Source of the DNA: Clostridia bacterium
Lineage (GTDB): Bacteria > Bacillota > Clostridia > UMGS1883
DNA: 50,633 nucleotides
Assembly: GCA_045596985.1 (NCBI GenBank)
Contig: JAZODM010000022.1
Location: 1-50,633, forward strand
Reading direction: 5' to 3'
Part shown: positions 35,557 to 46,107 of the stretch, one piece after another
Numbering within the stretch: the first letter of the stretch is position 1
How the letters are laid out: every line of letters begins with the position of its first letter
Position numbers and translations under genes: made by a program
The notes under the pieces: generated by a model
Database searches by the model: none
Seen by the model: the letters and a program-made list of their open reading frames with translations, nothing else
What the model was told of the DNA's origin: nothing

Positions 35557-37566
35557 ATGCTTGAAAAGGAATGGGTATTTCTTGACGAAAATATTGATAA
35601 TGCTCAGGCAGAGGCATATTCAGATATTTTTGATATTCCCGTTATTGTTGCAAAGGTGCTTTTAAACAGAGGTTTTACCGATGCAGCAGAGGCAAAGAAA
35701 TTTCTTGACAAGGATTCAGGAAATTTTTATTCGCCCGATTTGCTTTGCGATATGGATAAGGCAGTTGCAAGAATTAAAGAAGCAATAGAAAAGAAAGAGC
35801 ACGTTGTTGTATACGGAGATTATGATGTGGACGGAATAACGTCAACGGCACTCTTAGTAAGCTACCTGCGTAATCAGGGCGTTAATGCGCAGGCGTACAT
35901 ACCCGACAGACAAAATGAGGGATACGGTATTAACAAAGCCGCAGTTAAAAAAATTCATGATAGCGGCGCAACACTCCTCATAAGTGTTGATACAGGAATA
36001 ACAGCTTTTGAAGAAACAGAATATGCAAAAGAGCTTGGTTGTGATGTTATAATAACTGACCATCACGAATGTAAGGCAGAGCTTCCAAATGCAGTTGCAG
36101 TAATTAATCCAAAGAGAATGGACTGCAGTTATCCTTTTAAGGATTTGGCAGGTGTAGGCGTTGCCTTTAAGCTTGTGTGCGCGGCAAGCGATAAGAGCGA
36201 GGCAGAGCTTCTTGATAAATACGCAGATCTCGTGGCACTCGGAACAATTGCCGATGTAGTATCTCTAAAAGGCGAAAACAGAATTATTGCAGCGCGCGGT
36301 ATTGAAAAGCTTTCCAAAAATCCCAATACGGGACTTGCGGCTGTGATAGCAACACTCGGACTTCGTCAGAAGTGGAACAACTGCGCAGTTGTAAGCTATT
36401 CTATAGCGCCGAGGCTTAATGCTGCAGGAAGAATGTCAAATGCTATGATTGCAGTTGATTTGCTTCTTACAGAAGACCCGATCGAGGCGCAGGAGCTTGC
36501 GATAAAGCTTGATGAAGAAAATAAAAACCGCCAGTATGAGGAAAAAATCATATTTGACGAAGCGGTGGAAATGATAAATAATATTGATATTGCAGATAAA
36601 AAGGTGCTCGTACTGGCAAAGCGCAACTGGCATCATGGTATTATCGGTGTTGTTGCATCGAGAATTTGCGAAAAATACAACAAGACGTGTATTCTGATAT
36701 CAATAGAGGATGAATGGTGTAAAAGCTCCGGCAGAAGCGTGGATGGAATAAACCTTTTTGACGCGCTGAGCAATTGTTCCGACATTTTGGAAAAGTTTGG
36801 CGGTCACGCATATGCGGCAGGCTTTTCAATCAAGGAGGAATATATAGGGGAGCTTGACAGACGTCTTAATGAATTTGTTAAGGAAAGCAACGAGTCGGGA
36901 AAACTACCAAGACTTCTGATTGATTCAAAAATTACAGTTAATGATATCAGTGCCGCAACCATAAGAAAAACGGAGGTACTCGCACCGTATGGAGCAGGAA
37001 ATAAAGTTCCCGTTTTTGCGCTTATGGGTGCGAAAATTGTTGATGTAAAGACGCTTTCTGACGGAAAGCACTGCCGCTTTCTTGTTGAAAGCGAAAGACG
37101 CCTTGTTGAGGCGATTGCTTTCGGCGCAGGCAGTATGGCATCGGAATTTTATCCCGGTGATATAGTGGATATTGCAGGTGAACTTAACATCAATCTGTAT
37201 AACGGTCAGACAAGACTGCAGATAATTCTCTGTGGTATAAAAATGACTGAAAAGAAAGCGGAGGATATGTTGCCTGACAGGCAGGATTTTGTCGATATGT
37301 ACAGATATTTCAGGCAACAAAATACTATTAGCGAGGAGCTTTCAAGCCTTTCGGGAAAATTTACAGACACCTTCGGCAGACGAATTATGCGCGATAAAAT
37401 TATAAATGTGCTTAGAGTGTTTAAGGATCTTGACATACTAAATTATCATAAGCTGGGCGACGTTGTGCAGGTGAGTGTGCTTGAGGGTGAAAAGGGCAGA
37501 AAAGTCTCGATAGATAAAAGCCCGGAATATCAGAGAATTAAAAAAGAGGTAGAAGGTGTGCACTAA
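35557..37566 (+). CDS. recJ: Single-stranded DNA exonuclease RecJ
   Basis: YGDYDVDG, EGYG, SVDTG, ITDHH, LAGVGVAF, GTIADVV, PRLNAAGR, GGHAYAAG. Confidence 0.96.
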   Translation: MLEKEWVFLDENIDNAQAEAYSDIFDIPVIVAKVLLNRGFTDAAEAKKFLDKDSGNFYSPDLLCDMDKAVARIKEAIEKKEHVVVYGDYDVDGITSTALLVSYLRNQGVNAQAYIPDRQNEGYGINKAAVKKIHDSGATLLISVDTGITAFEETEYAKELGCDVIITDHHECKAELPNAVAVINPKRMDCSYPFKDLAGVGVAFKLVCAASDKSEAELLDKYADLVALGTIADVVSLKGENRIIAARGIEKLSKNPNTGLAAVIATLGLRQKWNNCAVVSYSIAPRLNAAGRMSNAMIAVDLLLTEDPIEAQELAIKLDEENKNRQYEEKIIFDEAVEMINNIDIADKKVLVLAKRNWHHGIIGVVASRICEKYNKTCILISIEDEWCKSSGRSVDGINLFDALSNCSDILEKFGGHAYAAGFSIKEEYIGELDRRLNEFVKESNESGKLPRLLIDSKITVNDISAATIRKTEVLAPYGAGNKVPVFALMGAKIVDVKTLSDGKHCRFLVESERRLVEAIAFGAGSMASEFYPGDIVDIAGELNINLYNGQTRLQIILCGIKMTEKKAEDMLPDRQDFVDMYRYFRQQNTISEELSSLSGKFTDTFGRRIMRDKIINVLRVFKDLDILNYHKLGDVVQVSVLEGEKGRKVSIDKSPEYQRIKKEVEGVH

Positions 37567-37609
37567 GGCATAAGCTTAATATGCTTTAGGCGGCAAAGGA
37601 AGTGACAGT

Positions 37610-39781
37610 ATGGATTATGCATTTGATACTTTAATGGAAAAAATCCGAAAATATAATAAGAACGCTGATTGTGACGAGCAGCTTTTGTATAAAGCATATA
37701 AAAGGTGCAGGGAGGAACATTCAAATCAGCTTCGCCACAGCGGGGAGCCGTATTTTGTCCACCCTTATGAGGTTGCGTGTATTTTGGCGGATATGGAGCT
37801 TGACTGTGAGGCTATTATGGCAGGTCTTCTCCACGATGTTATAGAGGATACACCATTTGGTTATGAGCAGATGAAAAACGAATTTGGCGAGCAGGTTGCA
37901 ATGCTTGTCGAGGGTGTGACAAAGCTTGACAAGATTAAATGCATATCCAAGGAAGAAGCACAGATAGAAAACCTTCGTAAAATGTTCTTTGCAATGGCGG
38001 AGGATATCAGAGTTGTGCTGATAAAGCTTGCAGATAAGCTTCATAATATGCGCACTTTAAAGCATATGAAGCCTGAAAAGCAGCTTGAAAAGGCGAAAGA
38101 GGCACTTGATGTATATGCACCGCTTGCCTATAGGCTGGGTATTTCAAAAATTAAAATAGAGCTTGAGGATCTTGCACTAAAGCATCTTGACAGTGTTGCA
38201 TATTATGAGATTGTGGACGGACTTTCACAAAAGCAATCAGAACGTGACGCCTACGTGCAGAATGTAAGGGACGTTATTGCCGACAAGATGGAGGCAATGG
38301 GAATACAGTGCCACATTGTTGCGCGTGCAAAGCATATATACAGCATTTTCAGGAAGATGTATAACCAGAATAAGACACTCGATGAAATATATGACCTTTT
38401 TGCGGTAAGAATAATAGTTGATACCGTGGCTGAGTGTTATGCCGTTTTAGGTATGGTTCATGAGGAGTATAAGCCAATCCCCGGACGTTTTAAAGATTAT
38501 ATTGCAATGCCCAAGCCGAATATGTACCAGTCACTGCATACAACGGTAATCGGCCCTGACGGTCAGCCATTTGAAATACAGATAAGGACATGGGATATGC
38601 ATCGCGTTGCAGAGCGCGGTGTTGCTGCCCACTGGAAATATAAAGAGGGCAAGGCAGGCGATAAGGATAACCTTGAATGGGTAAACAGACTTCTTGAAAT
38701 TCAGAGTGAGGCAGTTGACCCCGAGGACTTTATGCGCACGCTGAAAATAGATATGTTTGCAGATGAGGTGTTTGTCTTTACTCCAAAGGGGGACGTTATA
38801 GGTCTTCCTGCTGGGGCAACACCGATTGACTTTGCATTCTATATTCACTCAGCAGTAGGATATAAAATGACGGGTGCAAAGGTTAATTCCAAGATTGTAA
38901 ACCTTGACTACAAGCTGCAAAACGGTGATATTGTGGAGGTAATAACCTCCGGCGCAAGCAAAGGCCCGAGTATGGATTGGCTGAAAATTGTCAAGACAAG
39001 TACTGCGCGCAATAAGATAAATTCCTGGTTTAAAAAGGAAAATCGCGAAATAAATATAGAGCGTGGCAGAAATGCCGTTGAAAATGAGTTTAAAAGGGTT
39101 GGAATGTCGCAATCTGACCTCTTCCAGAGTAAGTATCTTGATCCGATGCTCAAGCGTTACGGCTTTGCCAATGTTGAAGAGATGTATGCCGCAATAGGAT
39201 TTGGCGGTATAACGGCAGCAAAGGTTGTAACAAGGCTACGCGACAGCTACCAGAACGACCATAAGGAAGCGGAAATGCCACCTGAAATCTCACTTAAGCA
39301 GGCGACACACAGAACTCAAAAGGGTGACAGTGGTATTGAGGTGCGTGGTGTTGATAACTGTCTTGTAAGGCTTTCGCGTTGCTGTAATCCCGTACCAGGT
39401 GATGAAATTATCGGATTTATTACAAGGGGCAGGGGTGTCAGTGTACACAGACGCGACTGCATAAATGTTATTCCCGACAATATGAGCGGAGAAATGCGTG
39501 CGCGTATGATAGAGTGCAGCTGGCTTGACGATATTTCAACTGCTTTCCATACGGAGCTTAGTATTGAGTGTACTAACAGAAACGGAATACTTGCCGATGT
39601 TATCGGCGTAGTGTCGGAGCAGAAGATAAATCTTATAGCTGCCAATGCACGTTCGCTTAAGGACAGAACAGCACTTATAGATATTACTATCGACGTAACG
39701 AGCAAGGAAGACATTGATTCCATCATAAGAAAGCTTCACCGTGTTCCCGGGGTTTATGAAATCAAGAGAACGGTGCAATAA
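37610..39781 (+). CDS. relA: Bifunctional (p)ppGpp synthetase/hydrolase
   Basis: R.SGEPY, LHDVIED, IKLADKLHNMR, GRFKDYI, YQSLHT, EIQIRT, TGS, ZFD and ACT domains. Confidence 0.96.
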   Translation: MDYAFDTLMEKIRKYNKNADCDEQLLYKAYKRCREEHSNQLRHSGEPYFVHPYEVACILADMELDCEAIMAGLLHDVIEDTPFGYEQMKNEFGEQVAMLVEGVTKLDKIKCISKEEAQIENLRKMFFAMAEDIRVVLIKLADKLHNMRTLKHMKPEKQLEKAKEALDVYAPLAYRLGISKIKIELEDLALKHLDSVAYYEIVDGLSQKQSERDAYVQNVRDVIADKMEAMGIQCHIVARAKHIYSIFRKMYNQNKTLDEIYDLFAVRIIVDTVAECYAVLGMVHEEYKPIPGRFKDYIAMPKPNMYQSLHTTVIGPDGQPFEIQIRTWDMHRVAERGVAAHWKYKEGKAGDKDNLEWVNRLLEIQSEAVDPEDFMRTLKIDMFADEVFVFTPKGDVIGLPAGATPIDFAFYIHSAVGYKMTGAKVNSKIVNLDYKLQNGDIVEVITSGASKGPSMDWLKIVKTSTARNKINSWFKKENREINIERGRNAVENEFKRVGMSQSDLFQSKYLDPMLKRYGFANVEEMYAAIGFGGITAAKVVTRLRDSYQNDHKEAEMPPEISLKQATHRTQKGDSGIEVRGVDNCLVRLSRCCNPVPGDEIIGFITRGRGVSVHRRDCINVIPDNMSGEMRARMIECSWLDDISTAFHTELSIECTNRNGILADVIGVVSEQKINLIAANARSLKDRTALIDITIDVTSKEDIDSIIRKLHRVPGVYEIKRTVQ

Positions 39782-39792
39782 GGAGAGGTATA

Positions 39793-40413
39793 ATGGATAT
39801 TAAAAGTATTGTTGTCGGTGCTTTGGAGGAAAACTGCTATATCCTCACCCATAATGGGGAGGCGGTAGTTATTGACCCCGGTGCGCAGCCTGACACAATT
39901 ATAAGCAAAATCCAAGAAAGCGGCGCAACGATAAAAATGATTCTTCTGACACACGGGCATTTTGACCATATCGGTGCGGTAAGTGCACTTGCACGCTATA
40001 GCGGCGCACCGGTCTATATACATACGCTGGACGCGCCTATGCTGAGAGATAATAAAAAAAATCTCAGTTTGATGACTATGGAAGAGATTGAGCCATATAG
40101 CGGTGAAAACCTTCTTTCGGGCGGCGAGGTTTTAACCTTTGGTGAAACACAGATTAAGGTACACCATACGCCGGGTCACAGCGACGGTTGCGTATGTTAT
40201 GAGTGTGGGGATAACCTTTTCGGCGGAGATTTGCTTTTCAGGGGAAGTATAGGGAAGTTTGACCGCAGTAATCTGTCTACACAGATGCGCTCGCTAAGAT
40301 ACCTTATGGATAATTTTAGTAATTGTGTAAAGGTATTTCCCGGTCACGGGGAAGCCACAACAATAGGACTTGAAAGAAAGACTAACCCCTATATTGTCAA
40401 CCACATAAATTAG
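39793..40413 (+). CDS. MBL-fold metallo-hydrolase (glyoxalase II-like)
   Basis: THGHFDHIG, HTPGHS, GDLLF, PGHG. Confidence 0.9.
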   Translation: MDIKSIVVGALEENCYILTHNGEAVVIDPGAQPDTIISKIQESGATIKMILLTHGHFDHIGAVSALARYSGAPVYIHTLDAPMLRDNKKNLSLMTMEEIEPYSGENLLSGGEVLTFGETQIKVHHTPGHSDGCVCYECGDNLFGGDLLFRGSIGKFDRSNLSTQMRSLRYLMDNFSNCVKVFPGHGEATTIGLERKTNPYIVNHIN

Positions 40414-40425
40414 GAATGAACAAAA

Positions 40426-41844
40426 ATGGAAATAATTACGCAGGGACACTCGTTTGAAGATGCCGTAAGACAGATTTTGCAGCTGTTTTTTGACCTTAAC
40501 GCATCTTTTAGCGTGCACTCCCGACTTTATAATGAAAAAAACACATATAAGGCAACTGCTAAAATCACCCTCGGCGAAAAATACGCTGAGGGTGAAATAG
40601 AAACGACGATGCATTTATTAGACAGGCGACATCTTAGCGATTTGGTGAAAAAATCGGTGTTCTTTGCGTGCAAAAAGCTATCATCAATGCCGACACCGTG
40701 GGGAATTTCCACAGGGATAAGACCTGCGAAAACCGCCAGAATGATGCTTGATGACGGGAATTCTGATGAAGAAATTCTTTCATATATGGAAAGTGAATTT
40801 CTGGTAGCACAAAAAAAGGCGCAGCTATCCCTTGATGTAGCAAAAAGGGAAAAGAAATTGCTTGCGGGACGCGCTCAAAACGGTGTGAGTATTTATGTGG
40901 GAATACCTTTTTGCCCGACAAGATGTGCGTATTGTTCGTTTATATCGCAGGCAATGGCGCACAACCAAAAGTTTGTAGAACCATATGTAGACGCACTTGT
41001 TAAGGAGATTGAGCAAACTGCCCTTATGGCCGAGTCACTTGGTTTTGTGGTGGAAACAATCTATTTTGGCGGTGGAACGCCGACTACGCTTTCTGCGCAA
41101 AATTTGGAAAAGCTTATAAAAAGAGTAAAAGAATGCTTTGACATATCACTCTTGCGTGAATTTACTGTCGAGGCAGGGCGTCCTGACACCTTTACAGATG
41201 AAATGCTTTCTATGCTGAACGAAAACGGAGTTGACCGTATCAGCATTAATCCGCAGACAATGAACGAAGAAACTCTGCGCACAATCGGCAGACGTCATAG
41301 TGTCGAAGATACCATAAAGGCGTTTGATATGGCAAAAAAATATCCGTCATTTAGCATAAATGCCGATATTATAGCAGGACTTCCCGGTGAGGGATGCGAT
41401 GAATTTGCAAAAACTGTTAAAGAGGTTTGCGCCCTTTCACCCGATGCGGTGACGGTGCATACAATGTATCTTAAGCGTGCCGCGCGGTTAATAGGTGACT
41501 TTGAAAAGCTGCGCTTCGCAAATGACACCGCCGATATGGTCGAGTATGCATATGACACCCTGAAGAAAGAGGGATTCAGTCCGTATTACCTGTATAAACA
41601 GAAAAACACATTGGGAAATCTTGAAAATACGGGATTTTCACGCGAAGGGCACGAAAGCCTTTATAATATATATATTATGGAGGAAATTCAGACGATACTT
41701 GCCCTCGGCGGCGGCGCATCTACAAAAATGGTGCGCGGTGATAGAATTGAAAGAGTTTTTAATCCAAAAGAGGCTGCTGATTATATTAACCGCATTGATG
41801 AAATAATTGAAAAGAAGAAAAAAGCACTTGAATTTTTGAGGTGA
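40426..41844 (+). CDS. hemZ: HemZ-type radical SAM protein
   Basis: PWG.STGIRPAK, IPFCPTRCAYCSF, GGGTPT, VEAGRPD, ISINPQT, PYYLYKQK. Confidence 0.9.
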   Translation: MEIITQGHSFEDAVRQILQLFFDLNASFSVHSRLYNEKNTYKATAKITLGEKYAEGEIETTMHLLDRRHLSDLVKKSVFFACKKLSSMPTPWGISTGIRPAKTARMMLDDGNSDEEILSYMESEFLVAQKKAQLSLDVAKREKKLLAGRAQNGVSIYVGIPFCPTRCAYCSFISQAMAHNQKFVEPYVDALVKEIEQTALMAESLGFVVETIYFGGGTPTTLSAQNLEKLIKRVKECFDISLLREFTVEAGRPDTFTDEMLSMLNENGVDRISINPQTMNEETLRTIGRRHSVEDTIKAFDMAKKYPSFSINADIIAGLPGEGCDEFAKTVKEVCALSPDAVTVHTMYLKRAARLIGDFEKLRFANDTADMVEYAYDTLKKEGFSPYYLYKQKNTLGNLENTGFSREGHESLYNIYIMEEIQTILALGGGASTKMVRGDRIERVFNPKEAADYINRIDEIIEKKKKALEFLR

Positions 41845-41849
41845 TGTAA

Positions 41850-43487
41850 ATGATTACTTTTACCTATGACAAAAAGAATGTTGTTGCTGACAAAAAGACT
41901 TCTCTCGGAGACTTTGTGAAAAGCATTAAAAAGGAGAAAAGCGTCCTTTCCTGCAAGGTTAATAATATAATCCGTGATAAAGATTATGTAATCAAGGAGC
42001 ACGACTGTATAGAGCCAATTACAATAGAAAATGATGAGGGATATCTTATTTACAAAGAAACCCTTATTCTTGTATTGCTGCACGCGGCAGAGCAGATTGA
42101 AGGCTGCAATGCGCTCTTTGTACGCCAATCTGTAAATAAGTCCACATATTTTGAAATAGAGGCTGAGGGTGAAAACAAAGCGCACCTTGCAGAAAAAATA
42201 AAGGAAAAAATGCGCGAAATTATAGAGAAAGATACCCCTATGATGCAGATAGAGGTTAAAAAGAATGCCGCAGCGGAGATTTTTGCATCCTGCAATGAAA
42301 ATGAGCGGGCAAAGGAAATAGCGCTTCTTCCCGTTGAGGAAATAAAGCTATGTAAAACCGCTAAAAGATACCATATTATGTACCAGCCGCTTGCCTACAG
42401 CTTGCACGCGGTGGAAACATTTGAAGTCAGGGTATATGACGAAGGCTTTTTGTTAAAATATCCCACAAACTACACTATTGATAAAATTCCCGAAATAAAA
42501 TCGGGGGAAAAGGTTCACCGCGCTATTGAGGATTACCGCGACTGGATAACAACAATCGGTGCGGCGGACATTTTCAGTCTTAATAAATATATCCGCGAGA
42601 AAAAGGGGACAGAGCTTATAAACCTTTCAGAGGGACTGCACGAAAAGCGTATAAGCAGTATTGCAGATAAAATTAAGGAAAATCCAGATATAAAGATAAT
42701 TTTGATTGCAGGCCCGTCTGCATCGGGAAAAACGACATTTGCAAACAGACTCTGCCTGCATCTTAAAATTAATCACATTGACCCGGTGGTAATATCGCTC
42801 GATGATTACTATGTTGATGATGAGCGTATGCCGCGCGACGAAAAAGGGGAGATGGACTTTGAATGTGTGGAGTCCATTGATTATATGCTTTTTAACGAGC
42901 ATCTTTCCCGACTTGCAAAGGGGGAGAGTGTCGATATCCCCAAATATGATTTTAACATCAGAAAGCGTGTAGAGGGAAAGACACTTTCGCTCAAGGAAGG
43001 GCAGATTATAATAGCAGAGGGCATACACGCACTTAATGAGCTTCTTACAAGTAAGGTTGAAAGAAAGAATAAGTATAAAATATACCTTAGCGCACTGACA
43101 AGTCTGTGTCTTGATGAGTATAATGCGTTTTCTCCTACTGATAACAGACTTTTGCGCAGAATGGTGCGTGACGCGTCCTACAGAAATACGAGCGCAGAGG
43201 GCACGTTTAAGCTTTGGAGCAGTGTCCGCCGCGGGGAGAAGGAATATATTTTTCCGTTTGAGAGTGAGGCTGACCAGGTGTTTAATTCCTCGCTCGTATA
43301 TGAGCTTTCAGTGCTGAAAAAGCCTGCAATGCAGCTGCTTATGAATATAGATGAAAAAAGTGAGTATTATAGCCGTGCAAGGCGACTTATACAGCTTTTG
43401 TCATATTTTGAAGATATGGAGCCGTCAGCCGTGCCGCCGACATCCATAATCCGCGAATTTATAGGTGGAAGCACTATAGTACACTAA
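41850..43487 (+). CDS. Nucleoside (uridine) kinase with TGS/ThrRS-like N-terminus
   Basis: IAGPSASGKTT, SLDDYY, EGIHALN, RLLRRMVRD, VRRGE..YIFP, FNSSLVYEL. Confidence 0.85.
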   Translation: MITFTYDKKNVVADKKTSLGDFVKSIKKEKSVLSCKVNNIIRDKDYVIKEHDCIEPITIENDEGYLIYKETLILVLLHAAEQIEGCNALFVRQSVNKSTYFEIEAEGENKAHLAEKIKEKMREIIEKDTPMMQIEVKKNAAAEIFASCNENERAKEIALLPVEEIKLCKTAKRYHIMYQPLAYSLHAVETFEVRVYDEGFLLKYPTNYTIDKIPEIKSGEKVHRAIEDYRDWITTIGAADIFSLNKYIREKKGTELINLSEGLHEKRISSIADKIKENPDIKIILIAGPSASGKTTFANRLCLHLKINHIDPVVISLDDYYVDDERMPRDEKGEMDFECVESIDYMLFNEHLSRLAKGESVDIPKYDFNIRKRVEGKTLSLKEGQIIIAEGIHALNELLTSKVERKNKYKIYLSALTSLCLDEYNAFSPTDNRLLRRMVRDASYRNTSAEGTFKLWSSVRRGEKEYIFPFESEADQVFNSSLVYELSVLKKPAMQLLMNIDEKSEYYSRARRLIQLLSYFEDMEPSAVPPTSIIREFIGGSTIVH

Positions 43488-43497
43488 AAAATAAAGG

Positions 43498-43704
43498 ATG
43501 AATAGAATGAAGATTATACTTAATCCTAATGAAGAGGTTGTAAAAACCGTTAAAGAAGGTCTTGAAAGGACGGGCGGATACTGCCCGTGCCGTCTTGAAA
43601 GAACAGAGGATTTTAAATGTATGTGCAAGGAATTCCGCGAGCAGATAAAGAACAAAGATTTTGAAGGATTTTGCCATTGTATGCTTTATAAAAAAGTTAA
43701 TTAA
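43498..43704 (+). CDS. Ferredoxin-thioredoxin reductase catalytic subunit-like small protein
   Basis: GYCPC, KCMC, CHC motifs in 68 aa. Confidence 0.8.
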   Translation: MNRMKIILNPNEEVVKTVKEGLERTGGYCPCRLERTEDFKCMCKEFREQIKNKDFEGFCHCMLYKKVN

Positions 43705-43726
43705 CAGGAAATGAGGAGTATGCAGA

Positions 43727-44452
43727 ATGTTTAATGCACAAAAGGTCAAGGACGAATGTGTCTGCTGGATAAGAAATTTTTTTGAAGAAAACGGCAAGGA
43801 CTGTAATGCCATTGTCGGCATATCGGGCGGAAAGGATAGCTCCATTGTGGCAGCACTATGCGCGGAGGCACTTGGTAAAGAACGCGTAATAGGCGTGCTG
43901 ATGCCCTGCGGTGAGCAGCACGATATTTCCTGCTCCCATATGCTGGTGGAGCATCTTGGAATAAAGAGCTTTACAATAAATGTAAAGGATGCCATTGAGG
44001 GGTTGAAAAAGAATTTCCCTGACGAAATTTCCCTCACTGCGCAGGCAAATACAAATCTTCCGCCAAGGATACGTATGGCAACACTTTATGCGGTGTCGCA
44101 ATGCTTTAACGGAAGAGTTGCAAATACGTGCAACTTATCCGAGGATTGGGTAGGATATTCTACGCGTTATGGCGATGCGGCAGGGGATTTCAGCCCCCTT
44201 GCAAACCTGACAGTGACGGAGCTTAAGGAAATCGGACGAATTTTAGGACTTCCCGATGAGCTTGTTGACAAAACCCCCATTGACGGGCTTTGTGGAAAAA
44301 CTGACGAGGAAAATCTCGGCTTTAGTTATGCTATGCTTGACAGATATATCCGCACGGGTGAGATTGAGGATATAGCGATTAAAGAGCGCATCGACACTCT
44401 GCACAGGAGAAATCTTTTTAAGCTTCAGCTAATGCCTGCGTTTAAATTTTAG
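43727..44452 (+). CDS. nadE: NH3-dependent NAD(+) synthetase
   Basis: VGISGGKDSS, N..PRIRM..LY, TCNLSE..VGY.T.YGD, DEENLG. Confidence 0.92.
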   Translation: MFNAQKVKDECVCWIRNFFEENGKDCNAIVGISGGKDSSIVAALCAEALGKERVIGVLMPCGEQHDISCSHMLVEHLGIKSFTINVKDAIEGLKKNFPDEISLTAQANTNLPPRIRMATLYAVSQCFNGRVANTCNLSEDWVGYSTRYGDAAGDFSPLANLTVTELKEIGRILGLPDELVDKTPIDGLCGKTDEENLGFSYAMLDRYIRTGEIEDIAIKERIDTLHRRNLFKLQLMPAFKF

Positions 44453-44480
44453 AAAAAATACTTGATTTTAAATATTAGGG

Positions 44481-46025
44481 GTGTTTATTTTGATACTGAA
44501 AATTGGGATGTTGGTAGTGTTTTTTGCAGTTATGGTTGTGGTAGGTCTGTACTGCAGAAAAAATTCCACAGACGTAAACGGTTTTGTATTGGGCGGACGC
44601 AGTGTCGGCCCGTGGCTGACGGCGTTTGCCTACGGCACATCGTACTTTTCGGCGGTTATCTTTGTAGGTTATGCAGGACAGTTCGGATGGAAATTCGGTA
44701 TTGCATCGACGTGGATAGGTATTGGTAATGCATTGCTCGGTTCACTGCTTGCATGGATAATTTTAGGAAGACGGACAAGGCTTATGAGTCAGCATCTTGA
44801 AAGTGCGACAATGCCGGAGTTTTTTGGTAAAAGGTATGAAAGTGATGCACTTAAAATTGTAGCATCAATCATAGTTTTCATCTTCCTTATTCCTTATACG
44901 GCTTCGCTTTATAACGGTCTTTCAAGACTTTTTGAAATGGCGTTTCCGGGAATTGACTACTCGGTATGCGTTATAGTGATGGCTGTCCTTACCGGTATAT
45001 ACGTTATTGCAGGCGGATATATGGCAACAGCGATAAATGACTTTATTCAGGGAATTATTATGCTTGTAGGTATAGCAGCGGTTATTGGCTCCGTGCTTTC
45101 TAAAAACGGCGGCTTTATCACAGCACTCGAAGGTCTTGCAAAGGTGGAGTCAGAAACCCCCGGTGCATTTAACTCCTTCTTCGGCCCTGACCCGCTGGGA
45201 CTTCTTTTCGTTGTAATACTCACCTCGCTCGGTACATGGGGACTTCCGCAGATGGTGCAGAAGTTTTACGCTATCAAGAGCGAGAAGGATATTGAGAAAG
45301 GTACAATCATTTCAACTTTATTCGCAGTTGTAGTTGCAGGCGGATGCTACTTCCTCGGTGGCTTCGGAAGACTTTTCGGGGACAAGCTTGATGTTGTGGA
45401 TGGAAGTCCTGCAGGTGGTTTTGACGCAATTATACCGACAATGCTTTCAAACCTCCCCGAAATAATTATCGCCGTTGTAATAGTGCTTGTACTTTCGGCA
45501 TCAATGTCAACGCTTTCCTCGCTTGTGTTGGCATCAAGCTCCACACTTACGCTTGATATGATTAAAGGTCACGTTGTTAAGAAAATGTCAGAGAAAAAGC
45601 AGGTGCTTATTATGCGTGCACTTATCGTGGTATTCATAGTAATCTCAGCGTTTATTGCGCTTAATAAGGATAAGCTTGGTTACATAGCTGATATGATGGG
45701 TATTTCGTGGGGCGCACTTGCAGGTGCATTTTTGGCGCCGTTTCTTTATGGACTTTACTGGAAGAAGACGACAAAGCTTTCTGTATGGGTAAGCTTCATT
45801 TTCGGCGCAGGCATTATGGTGCTTAATATGCTTATGAGGGCGTCTTTCCCGGCTTTGTTGCAGTCACCCATTAACTGCGGCGTAATTGCAATGCTGGGCG
45901 GACTTGTAATAGTTCCCGCTGTAAGCCTCGTTACACCTAAAATGAAAAAAGAAAGTGTTGAGGCTATGTTTGAATGTTATAATCAGGAAGTAGTAGTGTC
46001 TAAAAAGAAATCACTTGGAAATTAA
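44481..46025 (+). CDS. Sodium:solute symporter (SSS family)
   Basis: FVLGGRS, SAVIFVG.AG, Y...GG..A....DFIQG, WGLPQMVQKFY, SASMSTLSS. Confidence 0.88.
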   Translation: MFILILKIGMLVVFFAVMVVVGLYCRKNSTDVNGFVLGGRSVGPWLTAFAYGTSYFSAVIFVGYAGQFGWKFGIASTWIGIGNALLGSLLAWIILGRRTRLMSQHLESATMPEFFGKRYESDALKIVASIIVFIFLIPYTASLYNGLSRLFEMAFPGIDYSVCVIVMAVLTGIYVIAGGYMATAINDFIQGIIMLVGIAAVIGSVLSKNGGFITALEGLAKVESETPGAFNSFFGPDPLGLLFVVILTSLGTWGLPQMVQKFYAIKSEKDIEKGTIISTLFAVVVAGGCYFLGGFGRLFGDKLDVVDGSPAGGFDAIIPTMLSNLPEIIIAVVIVLVLSASMSTLSSLVLASSSTLTLDMIKGHVVKKMSEKKQVLIMRALIVVFIVISAFIALNKDKLGYIADMMGISWGALAGAFLAPFLYGLYWKKTTKLSVWVSFIFGAGIMVLNMLMRASFPALLQSPINCGVIAMLGGLVIVPAVSLVTPKMKKESVEAMFECYNQEVVVSKKKSLGN

Positions 46026-46060
46026 CAAAAGCGCGGTGGCAAATGCCACTGCGCTTTTGT
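46025..46060. terminator. Bidirectional terminator between the SSS gene and lexA
   Basis: ACAAAAGCGCGGTGGCA-AA-TGCCACTGCGCTTTTGT. Confidence 0.8.
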
Positions 46061-46107
46061 ATAATTGTTGCCTTTTTGCGGTCTGGACTTTTTTTACATT
46101 CCCTTCT

